Positions 18,801 to 26,838 of a DNA stretch of 42,389 nucleotides are shown here, piece after piece. The number at the start of each line of letters is the position of its first letter. Position 1 is the first letter of the stretch. The stretch spans positions 1-42,389 of the forward strand of contig JAUXHH010000001.1 of the NCBI GenBank assembly GCA_030621655.1. The letters run 5' to 3'. The notes under the pieces were generated by a model. That model was not told where the DNA came from, made no database searches, and was given only the letters and a program-made list of their open reading frames with translations. The DNA comes from Desulfobacterales bacterium. Lineage in GTDB: Bacteria; Desulfobacterota; Desulfobulbia; Desulfobulbales; BM004. Made by a program: the position numbers and the translations under genes.

Positions 18801-19214
18801 TCATGAAGCCAACTGAACAATCAACGCGCCACTCTTTTCCTTTTGCCCCTTTTCCCAGCGCCAGGATTTAACCAGATTTTCTTTTTTAAGTGTTCTCAGA
18901 ACATCCTCAACCGTATCCGGCAGCACAGGCTGTCCCCCGGAATGCAGGCCCTTGCCGGTGATGATGCGCACGGCCAATACCTTCTGTTTTAATGCATAAT
19001 GGATAAAGGACCCGACCTTCATCTCTGCCTGCAATGCAGTATAGCCATGCAGGTCGATCTCAAATGTTGGTTTGAAGTCTTTGCTTGTCTTAGATTCAGT
19101 AGCATCTGCTTCCTTCTGTTTCTCCTGCAGCAGGGTTTGTAGTTCAGCATCCAGCTCCGCATTCTTGAAAATTTTGGAGAAATCATCTTCCTTGTCTGAC
19201 GGTTTATTGGCCAT
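18801..19214 (-). CDS. Smr-domain protein
   Basis: C-terminal Smr domain pattern DLHGYTALQAEMKV...VRIITGKGLHS, 137 aa. No SD is recognisable upstream of the ATG. Confidence 0.85.
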   Translation of the reverse strand: MANKPSDKEDDFSKIFKNAELDAELQTLLQEKQKEADATESKTSKDFKPTFEIDLHGYTALQAEMKVGSFIHYALKQKVLAVRIITGKGLHSGGQPVLPDTVEDVLRTLKKENLVKSWRWEKGQKEKSGALIVQLAS

Positions 19215-19229
19215 TGTTCTGTATGGTTA

Positions 19230-19289
19230 GGTGAGGGGGGGGTGATAGGTGATGGTGATAAGGTGAGATAACAAGTAATTGCTTTTTCA
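19230..19289. repeat. GGTGA-rich element, copy B (upstream of smr), with a G8 homopolymer
   Basis: GGTGAGGGGGGGGTGATAGGTGATGGTGATAAGGTGAGATAACAAGTAATTGCTTTTTCA. Contains six GGTGA units and a G8 run at 19235-19242. Confidence 0.7.
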
Positions 19290-19301
19290 TCAAAAGCAGA
19301 C

Positions 19302-20141
19302 CTACTTGTTTTCTACCTTTCGTTGCCTGACTGTTTCAAACAGGATTATTCCTGCTGCCACAGATGCATTTAAAGAGTCCAGTGAACCCTGCATCGGTAT
19401 GGATATATATATGTCACAGTGTTCAGCAACCAACGGCCGCAATCCCTTTCCTTCACTCCCTATTACCAGACATGCAGGTACGGTTAAGTCTGTCTCGTAA
19501 ACTGCCTGTGATGAATCTTTTGCAGTCCCGAATATCCATATCCCTTCTTCTTTCAATACTTTGAAGCTGTTTACGAGGTTGGTTACCCGGCATATATCAA
19601 GATGAAACACGGCGCCAGCCGATACCTTAATGACAGTTCCGGTAATCGAGGCACTTCGATCTTTAGGAAGAATAAGTCCGTTCACACCTGCTGCTACTGC
19701 AGAGCGAATTATGGCTCCAAGATTATGCGGGTCCTGTATTGAATCCAGAGCAAGCAAAAGGGGAGGCCTGGAAATATTTTTCAACTTGCCCAATAGCTCA
19801 TCCAGGGTAAGAACCGGCAGGATAATCCTGGCTGAAACCCCCTGGGAACTTCCCTGCTCCAAGGGGCCGGAATGTTTTTTATAAGTCGTTTCTACTGTAG
19901 ACGTCCCAAAGATAACCGGAACGCTATTTTTCTGCGCCATTTCCAACAACTCTTCCAGGCGTAGTCCTTTCTTGCCCTTTTCAACAAATATTTCTTTAAC
20001 ACAATGCGGACACGCATTAAGAGCTTCAAGAATAGAGTGGATTCCCCAAACATGTTGATCTTTGGGGGAAATGGAACGGTGATGTGATTTTGGTAATTGT
20101 ATGTCTTTTTTTCGAGATCTTTTTGGAGAAAAATGCGCCAT
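19302..20141 (-). CDS. rlmB: 23S rRNA (guanosine-2'-O)-methyltransferase, SpoU/TrmH family (RlmB-like)
   Basis: SpoU methylase motifs (LDSIQDPHNLGAIIRSA, LVIGSEGKGLR, IPMQGSLDSLNASVAAGI). Start set at the ATG preceded by AGGAG; the ORF-track start would overlap gmk. Confidence 0.85.
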   Translation of the reverse strand: MAHFSPKRSRKKDIQLPKSHHRSISPKDQHVWGIHSILEALNACPHCVKEIFVEKGKKGLRLEELLEMAQKNSVPVIFGTSTVETTYKKHSGPLEQGSSQGVSARIILPVLTLDELLGKLKNISRPPLLLALDSIQDPHNLGAIIRSAVAAGVNGLILPKDRSASITGTVIKVSAGAVFHLDICRVTNLVNSFKVLKEEGIWIFGTAKDSSQAVYETDLTVPACLVIGSEGKGLRPLVAEHCDIYISIPMQGSLDSLNASVAAGIILFETVRQRKVENK

Positions 20142-20148
20142 ATGACTC

Positions 20149-20757
20149 CTAAAAATCGAGCTTGAGAGGTTCTCCGGATACACCCCGCCTTTTTCTACTT
20201 CTCTCAGCAATAATTATTGATTTCAGCACTTCAACTGCCCGGTCTACCTGTTCATTGACAATGACATAATCATAGTGTTCAAGACTCTTCATTTCATCAT
20301 GTGCGTTCTTGAGGCGTGTTGAAATTACAGACTCCGATTCTGTTCCCCGGTTAGCCAATCTTTTTTCAAGCTCCTGCAATGATGGAGGTGCAATAAAGAC
20401 AAAAAAAACCTTCTCTCTCACTTTGTCCATCACCTGACGGGCACCCTGCACATCAATATCCAGGATAACATCCTTTCCCTGTTCAGTTAATTCTTTCACT
20501 GCATGACTGCTGGTACCGTATAGATTAGCATGCACCTCAGCCCATTCAAAAAAAAGACCTTGCTTCTGCATAGTTTCAAAGGTGTCCTTTTCAACAAAGA
20601 AATAGTCAACACCCTCCTTCTCCCCTATCCTCGGAGTCCTGGTAGTATGGGAGACGGAAAAGACAATACTCTCCAATTCAGAAATGACTCTCTTAAGTAT
20701 TGTCGTCTTGCCGGTGCCTGATGGAGCCGAAATTATAAATAAATTGCCCTTTTCCAT
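20149..20757 (-). CDS. gmk: Guanylate kinase
   Basis: P-loop SAPSGTGKTT, then SHTTRTPRIGEKEGVDYFF. Confidence 0.95.
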   Translation of the reverse strand: MEKGNLFIISAPSGTGKTTILKRVISELESIVFSVSHTTRTPRIGEKEGVDYFFVEKDTFETMQKQGLFFEWAEVHANLYGTSSHAVKELTEQGKDVILDIDVQGARQVMDKVREKVFFVFIAPPSLQELEKRLANRGTESESVISTRLKNAHDEMKSLEHYDYVIVNEQVDRAVEVLKSIIIAERSRKRRGVSGEPLKLDF

Positions 20758-20766
20758 TAATAAACC

Positions 20767-21042
20767 CTATAAATCTTCGACAGGTGTACTTTGTTGGACA
20801 TATGCGGGTGCAAATCGCTGCATTATGGTTTCAGGTTGCACAGACGAAAGAACAACATGATTACTGTCTAATATAATTATGGAGCGTGTCCTCCTACCCT
20901 CCGTTACATCCAGGAGCCGATTGTTTCGTTTTGCCTCATCCTTTAATTTCTTCATGGGTGAAGAGTGAGGGTTAACCACAGCTAATATCCTGCTGGCTAC
21001 AATCGAATTACCAAATCCCACATTAATCATTCTTCCATCCAT
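20767..21042 (-). CDS. DUF370 / RemA-family protein
   Basis: [18 protein letters not shown]...[24 protein letters not shown] pattern. The yicC-remA-gmk order is conserved. The start may be the second Met at 21030. Confidence 0.85.
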   Translation of the reverse strand: MDGRMINVGFGNSIVASRILAVVNPHSSPMKKLKDEAKRNNRLLDVTEGRRTRSIIILDSNHVVLSSVQPETIMQRFAPAYVQQSTPVEDL

Positions 21043-21052
21043 ACTTTCACTC

Positions 21053-21946
21053 CTACTCTAGATTCTGTACCTGCTCACGGATTTTCTCAAGATCATTTTT
21101 CATGCCGACTATCAAATGAGCTGTTTCCGCATGATTAATCTTCGAGCCAATGGTATTTACTTCTCTAAGAAATTCCTGCACGAGGAAATCGAGCCTTCTG
21201 CCAACTGATTCATCAAGATTAAGAAAACTATGAAACTGTTCCAAATGGCTGCGAAGCCTGACTATCTCTTCAGTCACGTCCGACTTGTCTACAAGAATAG
21301 CTACTTCCTGGGCTAATCGCACCGGATCAATATCTATCCCGGACAGAAGATTGTCAAGACGTTCCTGCAAGGCCTTCCCCCTTTTCTCAATAATAACTGG
21401 TAATGACTGCTCAATTTCATCTACCTTCTGCTGGAAAGTAGCTAAACGCTCCAATAAATCCTTTTGTAATATCCCTCCCTCGCTCTGACGCATTTTCTGA
21501 CATTCTTTCAGGGCGTCAATAATAGCTGCCTTAAGGTCCGGCCAAAGTTTCTCCAATATCTCTGCCCCCCCCTCTTCTTCAAGTGGAGAAATAATGTCAC
21601 GATTTGAAGCAAGCAAAGTCAAATCCGGTTCACCTGTGATTGAAAGTTCCCCGGCTACTTCTCTAAGGCACCTTAAATATTCTTTTGCTAAACCAAGATC
21701 AACCTTTAACTTTGTCGATTCAACACCTTCGTCATTGAACGTAATAAAGATATCGATCCGCCCACGGCTGTGTATGGATGAAATCTCTTTTTTTATCTTA
21801 TCATCCCATCCTATAAATCTTCGTGGCAACTTAATGCTTATATCAAGATAACGGTGATTGACAGAGCGAAGTTCAACTGTCCATGAACTCTCTCTGCCGC
21901 TTGCCGTTCCCCGTCCAAATCCGGTCATACTCACAGGTTTTCCCAT
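21053..21946 (-). CDS. yicC: YicC-family protein (stress-induced endoribonuclease family)
   Basis: SMTGFGRG N-terminus, [11 protein letters not shown], and C-terminal [12 protein letters not shown] and [13 protein letters not shown]. Confidence 0.9.
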   Translation of the reverse strand: MGKPVSMTGFGRGTASGRESSWTVELRSVNHRYLDISIKLPRRFIGWDDKIKKEISSIHSRGRIDIFITFNDEGVESTKLKVDLGLAKEYLRCLREVAGELSITGEPDLTLLASNRDIISPLEEEGGAEILEKLWPDLKAAIIDALKECQKMRQSEGGILQKDLLERLATFQQKVDEIEQSLPVIIEKRGKALQERLDNLLSGIDIDPVRLAQEVAILVDKSDVTEEIVRLRSHLEQFHSFLNLDESVGRRLDFLVQEFLREVNTIGSKINHAETAHLIVGMKNDLEKIREQVQNLE

Positions 21947-22018
21947 GACGACTCCTTTCCGTATGAATAGGCTGATGCGCTATGATATACTGTCACGCAA
22001 ATCCCATGTTAATGTATT

Positions 22019-22858
22019 TTACTGTCGTTCATTATTTTTTTCTAATTGAACAAGCCTTTCCGCAAAACGTTCCGCAGAAAAAACAAGTGATTCCAGATCA
22101 AGGAAATCAAGAACACTGTGATCAAATAACACCTTGGCTTTTGCCTCTATCCCCACCTCTGTATCTTCCTCCCAGAAAAGAAGATATTGTGGCACCATGG
22201 GCAAAACAGGTACAACCAGTGAGGAAGTGGCTGTTGAACCAAGATCAGGCGGCCCATCATATCCATCAAGTTGCCCTCTTAAATCAGTTAACACATGTGC
22301 TGGTTTGCCCGAAAGAAATTTAGCAATTTTTTTTTCACAATAGGTTGCCAATGTTCTTATTTTGGAAATGGAGTTGGGCAGACTTTCCATACCAATCCAT
22401 GTACCATCAGGTTTTTTACCGCCACATGAATGCACATAATTATAGAGAAGAATCTGGTCTCGAGGATCAACAACTGCATCATTACTTAAAAATATTTCAG
22501 CCTTTCCCAGCATGACTTCCTGACCAAGATATCGCAGAGACAAAACATCAGGATTATGCTCATTCCAACCGGCGCCGAGTGAACCGGCAATAGAGCCAAA
22601 ATCGACCTTGCTTACTTTCTCCCGCAGGTATTTGACCAAGGCCCAATCATGCTCCTCAGCAACCTGTCCGGCCAAATCTTCCATATCTTTTTTGCTGCTC
22701 AGAACCGTGGCCTCAAGACCTTGCAGATTAATATATGGACATACGTTGATATCTGCCCCGGCTCTTGCCACTGCTGCGGCAAAGGCAAGACATGTCAGGT
22801 GCCCACATTCACCACAGTTTGTCTTGGGCGTTCTATGGAGTATTTCCAATGGATTCAT
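22019..22858 (-). CDS. Fe-S-cluster-domain / DUF3786-like protein
   Basis: The N-terminal NCGECGHLTCLAFAAAVARAGADINVCPYI resembles the putative 4Fe-4S 'FeS' domain seen at RnfB/CdhD N-termini. I recognise the remainder only tentatively as DUF3786-like. Confidence 0.7.
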   Translation of the reverse strand: MNPLEILHRTPKTNCGECGHLTCLAFAAAVARAGADINVCPYINLQGLEATVLSSKKDMEDLAGQVAEEHDWALVKYLREKVSKVDFGSIAGSLGAGWNEHNPDVLSLRYLGQEVMLGKAEIFLSNDAVVDPRDQILLYNYVHSCGGKKPDGTWIGMESLPNSISKIRTLATYCEKKIAKFLSGKPAHVLTDLRGQLDGYDGPPDLGSTATSSLVVPVLPMVPQYLLFWEEDTEVGIEAKAKVLFDHSVLDFLDLESLVFSAERFAERLVQLEKNNERQ

Positions 22859-22911
22859 ACAATAAATACTGTATACGTTTAATTACTTTCGATCGACCCG
22901 GGTAAGAAGAA

Positions 22912-22961
22912 TTATTCAAAATAACTATACATTGAGTTTCCTGAATAGTTATTTTGAATAA
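22912..22961. promoter_or_regulatory. Perfect 17-bp inverted repeat in the divergent DUF3786/feoB intergenic region
   Basis: TTATTCAAAATAACTAT (22912-22928) and ATAGTTATTTTGAATAA (22945-22961), separated by 16 nt. Confidence 0.5.
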
Positions 22962-23029
22962 ACAACGTACTGAGTCTCCTCAAAAAAAACAAAAGGTAAT
23001 CAATTTATCAAAAAAAAATCTGCTGCTAA

Positions 23030-23043
23030 TTAGGGCCACCTAA
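23030..23043. promoter_or_regulatory. TTAGG-N4-CCTAA palindrome, a possible DtxR-family operator
   Basis: TTAGGGCCACCTAA lies 26 nt upstream of a TTGACA hexamer. The half-sites resemble the TTAGG/CCTAA ends of DtxR/IdeR boxes. Confidence 0.35.
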
Positions 23044-23068
23044 CTTTATTCAGCAAACCAAAAAAATA

Positions 23069-23097
23069 TTGACAGGCAAGCTTCATAGTCTTACTTT
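23069..23097 (+). promoter_or_regulatory. Candidate sigma70 promoter of feoB
   Basis: TTGACA (23069-23074), a 17-nt spacer, then TACTTT (23092-23097). Confidence 0.35.
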
Positions 23098-23194
23098 AGC
23101 TACATTATAATTAACGAACCTTTGAGGTAGCACTTGCCATAAACTTATCACCAGTCATCCTGACAGATTTTTACTCCTTCATAATACCTATTAA

Positions 23195-25204
23195 TTGAGG
23201 AAACATTTTACTTTGAAGCGCTGCCCTGAATGCCATAATCAAAGCAACGAACTTTCTGGCCCCCACAATCCGGGAATTGCCATTGTCGGCAATATGAATG
23301 TGGGCAAGTCCAGTCTATTTTCATGGCTATGCGAAAAGGAGACTGACAGAAAGAATTTTCCTGGAACGACTGTTTCTCTTACAGCAGGACAGATCAAATC
23401 TTTAAATGCCACTGCCTATGACACCCCTGGCATCTACTCAATTTTTTCTGCCAATGAAGATGAAGTGGTCTCACGGGATATCTTACTACCCCAAAAATCC
23501 TTCAACCCAATATCCTCAATTCTTCTCGTGGCTGACGCCAAAAATATGAAGCGTTCCATTGCTATAGCCATGCAGTATGCAGAATACGGTCTGCCGATGC
23601 TTCTGGATATTAATATGATCGATGAGGCCGCATCTCGAGGTATTGAAATCAATTTTGAAAAGCTTTCTGATTTATTGGATATTGATATCTGCACCTCTAT
23701 TGCCAGAGAAGGCATAGGCATCCGCAAGATTCTCACAAAACTCAAGTCTCCACGCATTGCCAAGAAACTTGTCAATTACCCTGACTGGGTAAATAACTTC
23801 CTTGATATCATTGAAAAACTTTGCAAAAATTCCGACATTTCCCCTCGAGTCATTGGGCTTCTCCTGTTAACAGGTGACAGATCAATAGAAAAATACCTGT
23901 CAAAAAAATTCGGTCCTGAACTTTTAGAAGAACTCAAGGACCTGGCAGCTGACTACCGCAAGGGTGAAAGCGAAACGTTCCAGGCATTACTTGTGAATCT
24001 CTACAATAAAAAAGCCGAACAGATCGTAAAGGAAATTCAAGAGGTTGAACCACCCCGGAAAAACCCTCTTCTTGTAACTTTTGGTGACTGGTGTACACAG
24101 CTTCATACAGGAATTCCCATCGCAGTTGCTGTTCTCTTCCTGATTTACTTATTCGTCGGCACCTTTGGGGCCACATTCATAGTGGATACTATTAACGGGG
24201 TTGTATTCGAAGGTTATATCATCCCCTGGACCGCCAAAGTTTTAGCCCCCATTCCCAATCAATTTTTCAAGGACATGATTATAGACCCTGATTTTGGCAT
24301 TCTGCCAACCGGTGTTTTTCTGGCCCTGGGACTTGTCATGCCTGTGCTTTTTTGTTTTTACCTTGTATTCGGCATTCTTGAGGATTCAGGGTACCTGCCG
24401 CGGTTATCCATACTCCTTGATAAGGTCTTCAGGAAGATGGGATTAAACGGCAAAGGGGTAATCCCGCTTGTCATGGGTTTTTCCTGTGTCACCATGGCAA
24501 TTCTTACCACCCGGCTCCTTGATACAAAAAAAGAAAAAAACATTGCCACCTTCCTCCTGCTGCTGGGAATGCCATGTGCACCTCTCATCGCTGTAATGCT
24601 TGTAATCCTGGACAAGATGCCATTTTCAGCCACCCTGACTATCTTCGGTATTATTTTTGCGCAAACATTCATCGCCGGCTTTATGGCAAATAAGATACTT
24701 CCAGGCCAGGGCTCCCCTTTGATCTTTGAGATACCACCGATGAGGCTGCCAAAACCCATGCAGGTCATCAAATCAGCTGCCCATAAAACCTATTTCTTCA
24801 TCAAAGAGGCCATACCTATATTTGTTTACGCCTCTTTATTTGTTTTTTTATTTGAAAGAATCGGGGGACTTGAAGTTGCTGAAAAGCTACTCCACCCTTT
24901 AACAAACAGCTTAATGGGCCTCCCGGAAAAAAGTGTCCAGGTTTTTATCAAAACTATTATCAGACGAGAGTCAGGAGCGACTGAACTAGAACATTTAAGC
25001 GGTATCTACACCAACCTGCAGCTTGTTGTAAATCTTCTTATAATGACTTTCCTGACCCCGTGTATCAACGCCATAATCGTACTTTTCAAAGAACGAGGCA
25101 AAAAGACCGCCGCTCTGATAATTGTTACTGTAATAATTTACGCGATTTTGATGGGAAGTTTGGTCAATCATGTTTGCCTTGCCTTAGGAATCACTTTTAC
25201 TTAA
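23195..25204 (+). CDS. feoB: Ferrous iron transporter FeoB
   Basis: N-terminal GTPase (IAIVGNMNVGKSSLF, FPGTTV, DTPG), then a polytopic membrane domain with gate motifs. The start codon is uncertain (TTG 23195 or TTG 23213). Confidence 0.9.
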   Translation: MRKHFTLKRCPECHNQSNELSGPHNPGIAIVGNMNVGKSSLFSWLCEKETDRKNFPGTTVSLTAGQIKSLNATAYDTPGIYSIFSANEDEVVSRDILLPQKSFNPISSILLVADAKNMKRSIAIAMQYAEYGLPMLLDINMIDEAASRGIEINFEKLSDLLDIDICTSIAREGIGIRKILTKLKSPRIAKKLVNYPDWVNNFLDIIEKLCKNSDISPRVIGLLLLTGDRSIEKYLSKKFGPELLEELKDLAADYRKGESETFQALLVNLYNKKAEQIVKEIQEVEPPRKNPLLVTFGDWCTQLHTGIPIAVAVLFLIYLFVGTFGATFIVDTINGVVFEGYIIPWTAKVLAPIPNQFFKDMIIDPDFGILPTGVFLALGLVMPVLFCFYLVFGILEDSGYLPRLSILLDKVFRKMGLNGKGVIPLVMGFSCVTMAILTTRLLDTKKEKNIATFLLLLGMPCAPLIAVMLVILDKMPFSATLTIFGIIFAQTFIAGFMANKILPGQGSPLIFEIPPMRLPKPMQVIKSAAHKTYFFIKEAIPIFVYASLFVFLFERIGGLEVAEKLLHPLTNSLMGLPEKSVQVFIKTIIRRESGATELEHLSGIYTNLQLVVNLLIMTFLTPCINAIIVLFKERGKKTAALIIVTVIIYAILMGSLVNHVCLALGITFT

Positions 25205-25266
25205 ATTTGATTTACTATATAAATAGTTAATTCTACCGGATCCATTTTTATGATAGGAGACAGATC

Positions 25267-25929
25267 ATGCTAACTGAGACACAGGAAGAAATTCTTGAAT
25301 CAATCTGGTCTGTTGGAGACAGACAGCACAATACAATTGAGGCTGTAAAAAAACGGTGTACTGTTGACTTTACAGAGGCTGATCTTGATGACATGGAACG
25401 ACAGGAATTAATTACCAGGGATCAAGACGAGATCCACCTGGCCAATAAAGGAAAATCCATAGCTGAGATCATTATAAGAAGACATAGACTGGCTGAGATT
25501 CTGGTGTCGAGTATTCTGAAGCTCAAACAATCCGACATGGAAGATATTGCCTGCAAAGTTGAACACAGTCTGCTCCCAGAGGTCGAAGAGTCAATTTGCA
25601 CCCTGCTGGGTCATCCTGAATTCTGTCCAGACGGAAAAAGAATTCCACCGGGAAGATGCTGCTCCGGTAAACGAAAGGCCATAGATAGCAGTGTCGTAAG
25701 TTTAAAGGAGCTTTCTCCAGGAGAAAGCGGAAAGATCACCTATATAAAACCGGACAACCACTCAAGCTTCCATCAACTTATTTCTTTTGGACTCCATCCC
25801 GGTGTTGTAGTTACCGTACACAGAAAAAATCCGGCGTTTTGTATAAAGTTTGAAAATACAGAGCTTGCACTTGATGACAACGTTGCGGGGAATATTTATG
25901 TCTGGAAATTAACAAATGGTGAACCATAG
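25267..25929 (+). CDS. DtxR/IdeR-family metal-dependent transcriptional regulator with a C-terminal FeoA/SH3-like domain
   Basis: RRHRLAEILV dimerisation helix, metal-site VEHSL and CPDGKRIP, then C-terminal LSPGESGKITYI...GLHPGVVVTV (FeoA-like). Confidence 0.85.
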   Translation: MLTETQEEILESIWSVGDRQHNTIEAVKKRCTVDFTEADLDDMERQELITRDQDEIHLANKGKSIAEIIIRRHRLAEILVSSILKLKQSDMEDIACKVEHSLLPEVEESICTLLGHPEFCPDGKRIPPGRCCSGKRKAIDSSVVSLKELSPGESGKITYIKPDNHSSFHQLISFGLHPGVVVTVHRKNPAFCIKFENTELALDDNVAGNIYVWKLTNGEP

Positions 25930-26021
25930 CCCTGGTTTCTCACAAGCCGAGACGCCGGATAGACAAAGTGTGCTGAAATGTTCGAGAGAAATGCGGGCTA
26001 GGTTCCCTCGCTTAGCACCAT

Positions 26022-26064
26022 GAGCACAAAAAACCCCGGAATATTTCCGGGGTTTTTTGTGCTC
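26022..26064. terminator. Bidirectional rho-independent terminator (19-bp perfect stem)
   Basis: GAGCACAAAAAACCCCGGA, loop ATATT, TCCGGGGTTTTTTGTGCTC. A GC core is flanked by A/T runs in both directions, between convergent genes. Confidence 0.85.
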
Positions 26065-26084
26065 AAGAAATACACTTATATATC

Positions 26085-26648
26085 TTATTTGTCTTGTTTT
26101 TTAGCCTTTTGTCTAGAGTCAAGCTCTTTTGTTACCAATTCACTGATATCCAGAGTTTTGTCGAAATAGAGTAGGCCCGCACGGGAATCGATTATCATTG
26201 CATAACTGTTTTTTTCACCCATATCTGCAATAACCTTCTGGAGTTCCTGCACTACCGGCTCCATAATCTGTTTCTCCAACTGCTGCATTTCAAACTGGGC
26301 ATCCTCAGACTTGACCTGTAGTTCCCTGACCATTTTCTGGTATTCCCTTTCCTTCTCCTCTCTTACCTGTTGACTCCATACGGAACTCTTTTTTTCGATC
26401 TCAGCCCGCATAGCCTCAACCTCTTCCTGTTCTGTCTGGAATTTTTCCTGGAACTCTAAAACTTTTTCCTCGAGAACCTTTTTTACAGCCTGACCGGATG
26501 AGGAACTCAGGAGTACCTCCTGGATGTTGACTGTAACAATCTCTTTATTTTCTGCAGCTATCGCGTTCGAGCTGACAAGGCAGGCAATTCCCACCCACAA
26601 TGCTACAAGAGAATAAATGCTGACAATTCTTAAATTCATTTCTTTCAT
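26085..26648 (-). CDS. skp: OmpH/Skp-family periplasmic chaperone
   Basis: Signal peptide ending AIAAE, long charged coiled-coil body (E/K/Q-rich), ~187 aa. Confidence 0.85.
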   Translation of the reverse strand: MKEMNLRIVSIYSLVALWVGIACLVSSNAIAAENKEIVTVNIQEVLLSSSSGQAVKKVLEEKVLEFQEKFQTEQEEVEAMRAEIEKKSSVWSQQVREEKEREYQKMVRELQVKSEDAQFEMQQLEKQIMEPVVQELQKVIADMGEKNSYAMIIDSRAGLLYFDKTLDISELVTKELDSRQKAKKQDK

Positions 26649-26747
26649 ACCTCCTAAAAATTACACTGCGAAAAAGTTTTTACCAATTTTCATTCTTATA
26701 ATCATTTTCAATGTTTGATGCCAACTTGATTTAATGCTCACATAGAG

Positions 26748-26791
26748 AAACCGGGATGGAAGTTGCATAAAACGCCTTCCTATCCCGGTTT
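26748..26791 (-). terminator. Probable terminator hairpin downstream of pal
   Basis: AAACCGGGATGGAAG...CTTCCTATCCCGGTTT forms a ~14-bp stem with one bulge, 48 nt after the pal stop. Confidence 0.55.
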
Positions 26792-26838
26792 AATCAATTT
26801 TTTTTACTTACAATAAACTAATTGTGCTGCCAGCCCGG

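Noticed and set aside
18577-18804. A 75-aa minus-strand ORF whose ATG overlaps the smr stop (ATGA) and that runs through GGTGA-element copy A.
   Set aside because: The ATGA overlap is suggestive of coupling. However, the product is Cys/Arg/Leu-rich with no motif, contains the small hairpin region, and overlaps the 3' end of the convergent 128-aa gene by 20 nt. I judge it more likely non-coding 3' UTR, though conservation should be checked together with the repeat finding.
25930-26021. Partial stem (GTGCTGAA…TTAGCAC) downstream of the DtxR-family gene, as a possible small RNA.
   Set aside because: The pairing is imperfect and short and I recognise no known RNA family. It is most simply 3' UTR preceding the strong terminator at 26022-26064.
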